The notes beneath the pieces were generated by a model, which worked only from the letters and a program-made list of their open reading frames with translations, made no database searches and had not been told where the DNA came from. From Nanobdellota archaeon (GTDB lineage Archaea > Nanobdellota > Nanobdellia > Woesearchaeales > CAZZGN01): DNA of 56,098 nucleotides. Below, piece after piece: positions 1 to 7,789 of the stretch (position 1 is its first letter; every line of letters begins with the position of its first letter). The position numbers and the translations under genes were made by a program. The stretch spans positions 1 through 56,098 of the forward strand of contig JBNJDG010000003.1 in NCBI GenBank assembly GCA_051819665.1, read 5' to 3'.

Positions 1-1
1 T

Positions 2-361
2 GTGAGAAGGAATGAGTTGATAGCAGATATCTTCCATAGGATCAGTCTTATAGAGAGATGGGGCACTGGGATTGATAAGATAAAGTCGTTAGAGCCAGAG
101 ACATCGTTTGAAGAGTTCGCTGACTTCTTCATGGTCACGTTCAAGAGAAAGGATGTTCCAGATGTAAGTGGCAAGTTAAATGAGGGATTAAAATCCCTGT
201 TTGAGTACTACATAAATAATCCTGGAAATCAGGCAAAAGATGCAGAGAAAGATTTGAAAAGGCCCTTGAAGACAATTGAGAGACAGATTAAGAAATTAAC
301 TGAAAAAGGCCTTATCGGGAGAAGAGGGAGCAGGAAGACAGGAGGGTATTATACTAAATGA
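2..361 (+). CDS. C-terminal fragment of a Schlafen/AlbA_2 + HATPase_c_4-type putative DNA-binding regulator (5' end lies outside the window)
   Basis: The ORF is open to the window edge. It has the ERWGTGI motif typical of this family and a C-terminal wHTH-like segment, KTIERQIKKLTEKGLIGRRG. Confidence 0.5.
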   Translation: MRRNELIADIFHRISLIERWGTGIDKIKSLEPETSFEEFADFFMVTFKRKDVPDVSGKLNEGLKSLFEYYINNPGNQAKDAEKDLKRPLKTIERQIKKLTEKGLIGRRGSRKTGGYYTK

Positions 362-434
362 AAAATCAGGCTAAACACATCTGGGGTTATTCCAATATAG
401 AAACTCCAACAACCAAAAAGCTTATATATTACAA

Positions 435-456
435 TTAGTAATAATATTATTACTAA
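435..456. promoter_or_regulatory. Perfect 22-bp palindrome (TTAGTAATAATATTATTACTAA) between a TATA-like box (CTTATATATT, 421-430) and the ATG at 458. Probable operator of the MNT/HEPN operon.
   Basis: The sequence equals its own reverse complement. It sits between TATA box and start codon, and the downstream protein has an N-terminal wHTH. Confidence 0.5.
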
Positions 457-457
457 A

Positions 458-1018
458 ATGAATAATAGAAATATCTTAATATATATGCTTGAAAACAGGG
501 AAAAAAAGTTCACCATAAACCAGTTATCAAAGGCTTTAGGGATAAATTACAGGATCGCCCATACACAGATAAAGGAACTTGAGAAAGAGAGAATAATCCA
601 GACTGAAAAAGCAGGTAATTCATTGCTCTGTTCATTGACGGATAATTTCAATGAGAAGATATACCTGGCCGAATATGAGAGGAGAAAAAGGTTGCTGAAG
701 GATAAGACAATGAAGCAGATCTATCAGAGGTACAGGCAGGCAAAACAAACATTCATACTGCTTTTGTTCGGTTCATATGCGAAAGGGACACAGAATAAAC
801 ACTCGGATATAGATCTTCTGGCAATAACCGGGAATGGCAAAGAACTGGAGGAGATAACCAGGCTGATACCTAAAAATATACATCTGACAACCGTAAGCCA
901 TGAAGAGTTCCAGGACATGAAAAACTCAAGAGAACTGACTTTCGGCACACAAGCCATGAAAAAGAATATCATACTTATTGGCATAGAAGAATATTACAGG
1001 CTAATGAACAATGGTTGA
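458..1018 (+). CDS. wHTH + minimal nucleotidyltransferase (MNT) domain protein, the antitoxin-like partner of a HEPN/MNT pair
   Basis: Has the LLLFGSYAKGTQNKHSDIDLLAI motif (G-S ... D-x-D of Pol-beta-type NTases) and an N-terminal wHTH (FTINQLSKALGINYRIAHTQIKELEKERII). Overlaps the next ORF by 8 nt. Confidence 0.75.
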   Translation: MNNRNILIYMLENREKKFTINQLSKALGINYRIAHTQIKELEKERIIQTEKAGNSLLCSLTDNFNEKIYLAEYERRKRLLKDKTMKQIYQRYRQAKQTFILLLFGSYAKGTQNKHSDIDLLAITGNGKELEEITRLIPKNIHLTTVSHEEFQDMKNSRELTFGTQAMKKNIILIGIEEYYRLMNNG

Positions 1019-1451
1019 TGAGAAAAGGATAAAGGAAGCTGAGAATAATTTCAGGAGATATATAGAAGAAGGTTTGATCAATAAGACAACAGACAAAGTC
1101 GCCAAAGAGATATTCCTGAAGAATGCGAATGATTCTCTGAGAGCATCGCGGATACTTCTCGATAATGATATACCTCTCTGGACCATTGTCTCATCTTATT
1201 ATTCCATGTTTTACATGGCAAATGCTGTCCTTATGGGATCAGGTTATAAGGTAGGCGATAAAATAGTACATAAAGTCACAGCTGATTCTTTGATCTATAT
1301 GATAAGACCGAAACTGAAAAAGAAAATTTTAGAGGGTTATGAGGATATAAAAGAACAGCAGAAAAGGCTCTGGAGGAAATATCAAAAGAGCTGGGCCGGG
1401 ATTAGCCTATCTCTTCACACCCACTCATTGAATGGATCCTGCTGTTTATAG
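1011..1451 (+). CDS. HEPN-domain protein (toxin-like partner). The 3' end appears degraded, so this is a likely pseudogene.
   Basis: The N-terminal roughly 115 aa are helical and HEPN-like (SSYYSMFYMANAVLMGSGY). I found no R-x4-6-H motif. The last roughly 35 aa are Ser/Leu/Cys-rich junk, and better-looking helical sequence continues in two other frames. Confidence 0.5.
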   Translation: MVDEKRIKEAENNFRRYIEEGLINKTTDKVAKEIFLKNANDSLRASRILLDNDIPLWTIVSSYYSMFYMANAVLMGSGYKVGDKIVHKVTADSLIYMIRPKLKKKILEGYEDIKEQQKRLWRKYQKSWAGISLSLHTHSLNGSCCL

Positions 1452-1549
1452 GTTCTTCATCGCTATTGCAGATGAATTAGTTTATACAAAGTATGAACAA
1501 CGGCTTCCCATCCAAAAACTTTTAAACCACCTCTTACGGAAAAAATCCT

Positions 1550-2380
1550 ATGCTACAAGGATTCGGCGCATTGTTGTTTTCGAGCGCGTACATGCTCTTT
1601 TCAAGATTCATTCTTGCAAAAAAACATTTCGAGCATAAGAGATACATAGCCCTCACCTATATAATAGGCACAGTGATGCTTCTCCTTGGTTTCAGATACT
1701 TCGATCTTACATACATGACCTGGCTCTCAGGAGGACTTATTCTCGTGATTATAGCCACGGCGATATTAGCCGATCTCTTCTTCTATCACGGACTGGAGCA
1801 TACGAAGGTGGAGAAAGTAGAGCCCCTCTTCCTCAGCAACTGGGTATTCACTGTGATCTTAGCTGTGATTGTCTACCCTTCTGAGAGGGATATACTCAAG
1901 GTGGCACTCGCCCTCATCGCCGCTATCACCATACTGGTTGTTAACCTGAGGAAACATCATCTCAGGCTTGACAGATATTCAGTCTATATACTCATCGCGG
2001 CAGTTATCCTCGGGATACATAATAACATACTCAAGACACTTCTTGAACATTATAATCCCTTCACCCTTTACCTTCTGATAATGGTGGGAGGGAGCCTGAT
2101 AATGCCGTTCCTGTTCAAGTTAAAGCTGAAGGAATTCAAGAGGAAGGGCACTCCTCTCGTGGTTCTTGCCACTGTATTCACGATCGCAAGATGGCTGTTC
2201 CTCTATTGGTCCTACCAGGTTATAGGTGTTGTTTCCACGAGCCTTATAATGACCGCCGCCCCGATAGTCGAGGTGTGGGGATCGAGCATCTTCCTCAAAG
2301 AGAGGCTCCATAAGAAGTATGTGATAGGGACGATCATCATAGCATTGTGCATCGCAGCGTCATTTATGCCTAATCTTTAG
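1550..2380 (+). CDS. Integral membrane protein, DMT/EamA-like transporter (about 9-10 TM segments)
   Basis: Hydrophobicity pattern with two similar halves. A TATA-like TTTTAAA lies about 25 nt upstream of the ATG. Confidence 0.5.
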   Translation: MLQGFGALLFSSAYMLFSRFILAKKHFEHKRYIALTYIIGTVMLLLGFRYFDLTYMTWLSGGLILVIIATAILADLFFYHGLEHTKVEKVEPLFLSNWVFTVILAVIVYPSERDILKVALALIAAITILVVNLRKHHLRLDRYSVYILIAAVILGIHNNILKTLLEHYNPFTLYLLIMVGGSLIMPFLFKLKLKEFKRKGTPLVVLATVFTIARWLFLYWSYQVIGVVSTSLIMTAAPIVEVWGSSIFLKERLHKKYVIGTIIIALCIAASFMPNL

Positions 2381-2416
2381 AAACAATTATAAAAACCAAA
2401 TTTTACAATAAAAAAC

Positions 2417-2722
2417 ATGAAAAACGATAAGCTCGTAAGGGATAATATACCAGAGATAATAAAGAACGAAGGAAAAGTCCCAAAGACACATAAAGCCCCG
2501 GATGATGAATATAAACATAAACTGAAAGCAAAGCTTAAAGAAGAAGTGGATGAGTTCCTTGAAGAGCCTAAGGGAGAGGAACTGGCCGATATCCTAGAAG
2601 TTGTCTACGCATTACGTGATTTCTATCAGATCAAAGATCTGGAAAAGCTCCGGAAGGAAAAAGCTGAGGAGAGAGGCAGTTTCAGGGAGAAAATCGTCCT
2701 TGACGGATTGCAGGGAGATTGA
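2417..2722 (+). CDS. MazG-superfamily (PRA-PH-like) house-cleaning nucleoside triphosphate pyrophosphohydrolase
   Basis: N-terminal KLVRDNIPEIIKNEG signature and acidic metal-binding helices (EEVDEFLEE, ELADILEV). Confidence 0.7.
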   Translation: MKNDKLVRDNIPEIIKNEGKVPKTHKAPDDEYKHKLKAKLKEEVDEFLEEPKGEELADILEVVYALRDFYQIKDLEKLRKEKAEERGSFREKIVLDGLQGD

Positions 2723-2792
2723 TACTTTGCCTTTCCTGTATAAGAAACAACCGAAAATAATATATATCCTTTTTCCATAGATAAAGGCCATT

Positions 2793-3179
2793 ATGGCAAA
2801 CGATATTGAAAGCGAATACGAGAAAAAACTGGGAACAATATACGAGGATGCGATTAGAAATGCTCTGAAGGAAATCATAGAAAATTGTAATACCTCAAGT
2901 GACGAATTGAAGAAATCCCTGAAGAGAGTCCCTCTCCCAAAAAGGTATGAGATCAAGGATGCAAGAGAAGAAGTATACAACTCATTCATATCCTACCTAA
3001 AAAAACCCATGGAAGATCTCAGGAAGGAATTCGATATAAGTAACGATCCCCTGAAGAAGGTGGAAGATAAGAAACGCTTCATCAAAAGACATCTGAAGAT
3101 CTATCAGAAGGATACTGATCCTAAAGATTTCGCCAAAGCATTGGTTAAAAAGACTACGCCACTGAAAGTGAAAGTCTGA
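2793..3179 (+). CDS. Hypothetical protein (charged, helical)
   Basis: Clean ORF with a TATA-like box (AATAATATATAT) about 28 nt upstream. No recognisable motif. Confidence 0.45.
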   Translation: MANDIESEYEKKLGTIYEDAIRNALKEIIENCNTSSDELKKSLKRVPLPKRYEIKDAREEVYNSFISYLKKPMEDLRKEFDISNDPLKKVEDKKRFIKRHLKIYQKDTDPKDFAKALVKKTTPLKVKV

Positions 3180-3455
3180 TCAGGAGTCAAGGACCGAATA
3201 GTCACGGTCCGGGTGGTTCACGAAGAACGTTATCTTATCGTTCCTGGAAAGCTGCTTAACCCTGTATTCTATCTTCATAGCATCGATCTTATCGACAGCT
3301 CTTATCGTATGAAGGAGTCTGGAGAAACCTTTCCTGGCTACATACCTGCTCCCTCTGCCTTCCTTATGCATCTTCATCCTTTTAGGGACATCATTGGTGG
3401 CGCCGGTATAGACAGAGCCATTCCTGCATTCCAGTAGATAAACATGCCAGGGCAT
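3180..3455 (-). CDS. GIY-YIG nuclease superfamily protein (UPF0213/Slx1-like small form)
   Basis: WHVYLLECRNGSVYTGATNDVPKRMKMHKEG matches the GIY-YIG core. I chose the start at MPWHVY (3455) because a TTAAATATT box lies about 25-30 nt upstream. The ORF track extends to 3500. Confidence 0.7.
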   Translation of the reverse strand: MPWHVYLLECRNGSVYTGATNDVPKRMKMHKEGRGSRYVARKGFSRLLHTIRAVDKIDAMKIEYRVKQLSRNDKITFFVNHPDRDYSVLDS

Positions 3456-3523
3456 AGAATAAGTCAATGACAAGAAATATTTAACCATTGCCCTCATCAA
3501 TAGACAATGAAAGAACAGGAGAA

Positions 3524-3595
3524 TGGACCCTGCGGGATTTGAACCCGCGGCCTCTGCCTTGCGAGGGCAGCACTCTTCTGCTGAGCTAAGGGCCC
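3524..3595 (-). tRNA. tRNA-Ala (anticodon CGC), 72 nt, no encoded CCA
   Basis: Folds as a cloverleaf by hand: acceptor GGGCCCT/AGGGTCC with the G3:U70 alanine identity pair, anticodon loop CTCGCAA, T arm GCGGG-TTCAAAT-CCCGC. The D loop (AGCAGAA) lacks the usual GG. Confidence 0.9.
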
Positions 3596-3647
3596 TTATG
3601 TGGAAGAAGTCATATCAGATCATACAAAAAAGTTTCTCTAAAGAACG

Positions 3648-3900
3648 AAAAGGCGCCGCGGGAGGGATCACACTATAAGGACTGTGTCCTTATCAACCTA
3701 AGCACTACAATGCTACGCAAGGTAGCATAACAGGTCTCTACAGAAAGAAATCCATCAGAAACAAAAAGGCGCCGCGGGAGGGATCACACTATAAGGACTG
3801 TGTCCTTATCAACCTAAGCACTACAATGCTACGCAAGGTAGCATAACAGGTCTCTACAGAAAGAAATCCATCAGAAACAAAAAGGCGCCGCGGGAGGGAT
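3648..3900 (-). repeat. Tandem direct repeat of 2 identical 116-bp units (3652-3767, 3768-3883) plus a 17-nt third start that is the 3' end of the tRNA(CAU) gene
   Basis: The two units are identical by eye. Each begins (plus strand) with GGCGCCGCGGGAGGGAT, which is the reverse complement of tRNA positions about 59-73 plus CC, and each is preceded by an A4-5 run (T-run on the tRNA strand). Confidence 0.9.
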
Positions 3901-4030
3901 TTGAACCCCCGTGCCCTGAACGGACAGTAGATCTTTGCAGCCATTGCAAGGACAATGCCTTAGCAATCCTACGGACTCAAAAGCCTTGACTTATGAGATT
4001 ACCGCAATGGCCATACTATGCGACCGCGGC
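3886..4030 (-). tRNA. tRNA with anticodon CAU (elongator Met or Ile2), 145-nt gene. It has a canonical 37/38 intron of about 23 nt (about 3968-3990) and a second insertion of about 47 nt (about 3916-3962) between anticodon stem and T stem.
   Basis: Acceptor GCCGCGG/CCGCGGC, D arm GCAT...TTGC with GG in the loop, anticodon stem GTAAT/ATTGC, loop CTCATAA, T arm GGGGG-TTCAAAT-CCCTC. About 70 extra nt need removing to give a 75-nt tRNA. Confidence 0.7.
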
Positions 4031-4124
4031 CTTATATAACAGTCTCAGGTGAACCCCGCCCTATTTAAATGTTTTTTGTTTTTGTATTGAAAAATTTAAA
4101 TACTAAAAAAACAACGATTACAAT

Positions 4125-4916
4125 ATGGCAAGAGAACCAGTCGTAGCAGGAATGTTTTACGAAGATGATCCGGAAAAACTCAGAGAACAGGTAAAGAGAT
4201 ATCTTGATAAGGCGGAAGCAAAGAAAGCAAGAGCAGCCATAACGCCCCACGCGGGCCATCCTTTCTCAGGCGAATGCGCAGCATATTCATACAAGGCAGT
4301 CAAGGATTACAAGAAGATAATCATCCTCGCTCCCAATCATACAGGTATGGGAGATAATTCTGTATTGATGGAAGACATGAAGACTCCTCTCGGGATAGTG
4401 GAAACAGATAAGGAACTGGGGAAGAAGATCATAGAAAGGACAGGCTTCAGTTCCTCAGGTGCAGCACATGCGAGGGAGCATTCTGTCGAGGTACATCTGC
4501 CATTCCTGCAGACTCTCGGAGATTATAAAATAGTCCCCATAGTGATAGGGATGGCCGACCATCATAAGCTGGGTAATACACTGAAGGAAGTGATGGACGA
4601 GGATACTGCTATAATCGCAAGTTCCGATTTCACCCATTACGGGCAGAATTTCGATTACGTACCTTTCACGGAGAACATAAAAGAGAATATAGAGAAGCTC
4701 GATAAAGAGGCTTTTGAGAGCATCAAGAAAGGGCAGGAGGAATTCGCCTCGCTCCTGAAAAAGACAGGAGCAACAATATGCGGTGCCCTTCCCATAATGG
4801 TCACCTTAGAAGCCCTTGGAGAGTATGAAGCTGAACTCATGAAACATTACAGCTCGGCAGACATAACCGGAGATTATAGTCATGTAGTGGACTATATGGC
4901 CATAGCGTTAAGATGA
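4125..4916 (+). CDS. AmmeMemoRadiSam system protein B (MEMO1-family)
   Basis: The MAREPVVAGMFYEDDPEKL start and ITPHAGHPFSG motif are typical of Memo-like proteins. A TATA box (AAATTTAAATAC) lies about 27 nt upstream. Confidence 0.8.
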   Translation: MAREPVVAGMFYEDDPEKLREQVKRYLDKAEAKKARAAITPHAGHPFSGECAAYSYKAVKDYKKIIILAPNHTGMGDNSVLMEDMKTPLGIVETDKELGKKIIERTGFSSSGAAHAREHSVEVHLPFLQTLGDYKIVPIVIGMADHHKLGNTLKEVMDEDTAIIASSDFTHYGQNFDYVPFTENIKENIEKLDKEAFESIKKGQEEFASLLKKTGATICGALPIMVTLEALGEYEAELMKHYSSADITGDYSHVVDYMAIALR

Positions 4917-5221
4917 GAATCGAAGACCCTGAACACTGCAGAAGCCTCGGAAAGAAAGCCCTTGGCCTTATGTTCAGGACAGGACTGAAAAGACCCCTTA
5001 TTTTCCACTTCGATAAGGAACAGATGATCCCTCTGCATATGCTTTTTGTGTTCTTCCCCATAGATGTATTGTTCCTGGATGAGAACAGGAAGATAGTGGA
5101 GATCAAGAAAGACTTCAGGCCTTTCACATTCTATACACCAGAAAAAAGAGCCAAGTATGTGGTCGAGCTGAAGAAAGGCGGAGCGGAAAAAGCAAGAATA
5201 GGAGAGAGAGTGGATTTCTGA
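4913..5221 (+). CDS. DUF192 (COG1430) family protein
   Basis: GLMFR ... PIDVLFLDENRKIVEI ... YVVELKKG pattern. Overlaps the upstream gene by 4 nt. Confidence 0.65.
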   Translation: MRIEDPEHCRSLGKKALGLMFRTGLKRPLIFHFDKEQMIPLHMLFVFFPIDVLFLDENRKIVEIKKDFRPFTFYTPEKRAKYVVELKKGGAEKARIGERVDF

Positions 5222-6123
5222 TGTTCAGCTCAAAGGCCTTTCTGGCTCCTATGGCAGGTATCACCGATCCGGCATTCAGGCTCTTATGCCATAACCTGGG
5301 TGCCGGTCTCACTACAACAGACCTTGTAAGCGTGAACTCGATAGCAGCCAAAGGCACAGAGCTGATAGAATATTCTGAAAAAGAGACACCGAGGGCTATA
5401 CAGCTCTTCGGTAATGACCCCGGGCTTACAGAGGAAGCGGTAAAAAAGGTCTCAAAAAATTTCGACATAATAGACTTCAACATCGGGTGCCCTGCAAAGA
5501 AGATAACACAGGCGGAAGCAGGAGCTGCGCTCCTTGAGAAGCCCGAGAGGCTAAGGGAGATCTTTAAGGCACTGACATCTACGAAAACAACTGCAACGAT
5601 TAAGATGAGGACCGGTGTGAAAGAACACGGGAGGCATATAGAGATAGCCAGGATAGCTGAAGAGGAAGGGATCTCTATGATCACCCTTCATGCGAGGACC
5701 CTGAAACAGGGCTATTCTGGGAAAGCCGACTGGGAGCAGATAAAAAGACTAAAGGAAGCGGTCAATATCCCTGTTATAGGGAACGGGGACATAAGGTCTC
5801 CTGAAGATGCCAAGAGGATGATGGAGGAAACCGGCTGCGACTATGTCATGATCGGGAGAGCTGCGATGGGTAATCCATACATATTCAGGCAGGTAGATGA
5901 TTACCTCAGGAAAGGAGATTATGAAGGATTGAGTGAAAAGAAGAAATTATCATATTTCATGGAATACCTCAGGCTGGCGGAAGATTTCCCGATAAAATTC
6001 GCGGATATAAAAGAACATGCGATGAAATACACCAAAGGGACAGAAGGGGGAGCAGGATTGAGGGATGAGATCACAAGAGCAGAGAGCATAGATGATATAA
6101 AGCGAATTTTAACTACTCCATAA
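5221..6123 (+). CDS. dus: tRNA-dihydrouridine synthase (Dus family, TIM-barrel flavoenzyme)
   Basis: LAPMAGITDPAFRLLC, NIGCPAKK and IGRAAMGNPYIF motifs. Confidence 0.85.
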   Translation: MFSSKAFLAPMAGITDPAFRLLCHNLGAGLTTTDLVSVNSIAAKGTELIEYSEKETPRAIQLFGNDPGLTEEAVKKVSKNFDIIDFNIGCPAKKITQAEAGAALLEKPERLREIFKALTSTKTTATIKMRTGVKEHGRHIEIARIAEEEGISMITLHARTLKQGYSGKADWEQIKRLKEAVNIPVIGNGDIRSPEDAKRMMEETGCDYVMIGRAAMGNPYIFRQVDDYLRKGDYEGLSEKKKLSYFMEYLRLAEDFPIKFADIKEHAMKYTKGTEGGAGLRDEITRAESIDDIKRILTTP

Positions 6124-6162
6124 TGAAAAAGCTTATAAATAGAAGATGAGCCCCATATTCAT

Positions 6163-6642
6163 ATGAAAGCTTCTTACGAGTATACTGTGTTTGGCAGAGG
6201 ACTTAGGATCAATCAGGAGCCCATAAAGAAGGAAGAATATACTGACAAGTACTTCCATGTGTCAGGGGAGGACTCGCTGAAGAAAAGGGACGAGACCTTC
6301 AGATACAAGAAACTAATATTCTCAGAAGATAATATGGATGTTTTCCAGAACATATCCTACCACAAGAGTGAAAAAGCCTTTGATGATTTCCTGAAGATAC
6401 ACGGATTCCGGCTTGATGGGAGCACAGATCTCTATAAGAGAAGGGATCTCTTCAGGATAGAAGGCGTCAATCTACATTCAGGAAAGCTTGAAGTGAATTC
6501 TCAGACAATAGATTACTTTACCATGACTTCTGAAAAAAGTGAATATATAAAGAATCTAAGGAAAAAGATGGGTATAAACGATAAAAATAAAAATTTCATG
6601 GAATTCATGATCGAAGATGTCCTTGAACAGAATACTCGGTAA
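6163..6642 (+). CDS. Hypothetical protein
   Basis: Clean ORF with a TATA-like GCTTATAAATAG about 25 nt upstream. No motif recognised. Confidence 0.45.
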   Translation: MKASYEYTVFGRGLRINQEPIKKEEYTDKYFHVSGEDSLKKRDETFRYKKLIFSEDNMDVFQNISYHKSEKAFDDFLKIHGFRLDGSTDLYKRRDLFRIEGVNLHSGKLEVNSQTIDYFTMTSEKSEYIKNLRKKMGINDKNKNFMEFMIEDVLEQNTR

Positions 6643-7789
6643 GAACAAACAGAAGATCATCAAGCATGTTTCTCAGGATGCTTCCAGGATGATGGAAGAC
6701 CTGTATGAATACTACGATGATTTCCAGAAAAAACTGGATCTCTTCAACAGCCTGAAAGAACAGATGATAGATGCGCGGAGCAATCTCAATAAAGGCAACA
6801 GATTCAGTGCCGACAAACCACTGAAGGACCTTAAGGAAGAGTTGAAGAGGATAAAGAGACTTATAAAAGAAGAGAGATCGATCGAAAGAGAAGAACATAA
6901 ATATTCTTACAGACTGCTGGATTTTATCAGATCCGAATTAAAGAAAGGAAAAGAATACGAGGATAACCCTAACTGGGAAAGATACAGGCAATTTCTTACT
7001 GAAGCGAAAGATTTCCTTGAAGGGAATAATGACGGCATATTCCATCTTCTCGCATGCCAGCTGAACCTGCTGAAAGATATCAGGAAAGCCGAGAAGAAAG
7101 GGCAGAGGGAAAAATTAAGAACACTCGAGATAGAGATAATGAGGTTCGGGAAATACCTCGAGAAAGAGGCTGAGATAATAAAACATCCTATGCAGAACCT
7201 GAAAAGGTTCAAGAATGACATGAGGAGCCTCAGGAAGCTGGGCCTAATGTACTCGGAGAGCACCATAAACAAACATAACCTCGGCCTTATCACCACGAGA
7301 TTGAATAATGAAGGCCATCATGCTTATGGGGCTAAAGGGATCGGAGTGATAAAGAAGGATAATGTTGATTTCAGGTTCGTCAAAGGGGAAAAGGAAAAAC
7401 ATGCTGAAGTCGTACAGATGCTTTATGAGGGGATTGCAGGTGCGAAACTTTCAAATGATGTGGCAATAATTTCATACCTCCGGGCATTGACTAAAGAGAA
7501 GATAGCAAAGATAGCAGGCTTTGAGATGCAGCTGGAATTCGATAAGAATGATGAACTGAAGATAATAAATATAGATTATGAGTCCACGATCCTGAAGATA
7601 CAGATAGACAGAGCATTAAGTGGAGAGAGGGTAAATATAGACAGGAGAGATTTTAACAGATTAAACTATTCATTAATGTTCTCCATAAACAAAGAGCTTC
7701 TTGACAAGGATAAGTTCAGATACAATATAGAAAGACACGGCAGTAAGATAAAAGTGAAAGACAGAAGGATATTGCCCTTCATTTCCTGA
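6617..7789 (+). CDS. Hypothetical protein, with an N-terminal coiled-coil-rich half and a C-terminal globular half
   Basis: A 390-aa ORF overlapping the upstream ORF by 26 nt. No motif recognised. Confidence 0.5.
   Translation: MSLNRILGKNKQKIIKHVSQDASRMMEDLYEYYDDFQKKLDLFNSLKEQMIDARSNLNKGNRFSADKPLKDLKEELKRIKRLIKEERSIEREEHKYSYRLLDFIRSELKKGKEYEDNPNWERYRQFLTEAKDFLEGNNDGIFHLLACQLNLLKDIRKAEKKGQREKLRTLEIEIMRFGKYLEKEAEIIKHPMQNLKRFKNDMRSLRKLGLMYSESTINKHNLGLITTRLNNEGHHAYGAKGIGVIKKDNVDFRFVKGEKEKHAEVVQMLYEGIAGAKLSNDVAIISYLRALTKEKIAKIAGFEMQLEFDKNDELKIINIDYESTILKIQIDRALSGERVNIDRRDFNRLNYSLMFSINKELLDKDKFRYNIERHGSKIKVKDRRILPFIS

Noticed and set aside
1432-1638. ORF 1432..1638(+) as an independent small gene.
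   Set aside because: It is more simply explained as a frame-shifted remnant of the HEPN 3' region running into the promoter and 5' end of the DMT transporter gene.
3524-3595. tRNA-Ala as a pseudogene, because its D loop (AGCAGAA) lacks the conserved G18G19 pair.
   Set aside because: All four stems are perfect or wobble-paired, the G3:U70 identity pair and T loop are intact, and one G remains in the D loop. This is probably a functional, slightly atypical tRNA. I noted it only in the feature evidence.
3648-3900. Possible CRISPR array, considering the 116-bp tandem units here and the 39-bp repeats at 23808-23978.
   Set aside because: Only two copies are present in each case. The 'spacers' are themselves identical, or the repeats are irregularly spaced. 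The repeat length and period do not fit CRISPR, and there are no cas genes in the window.
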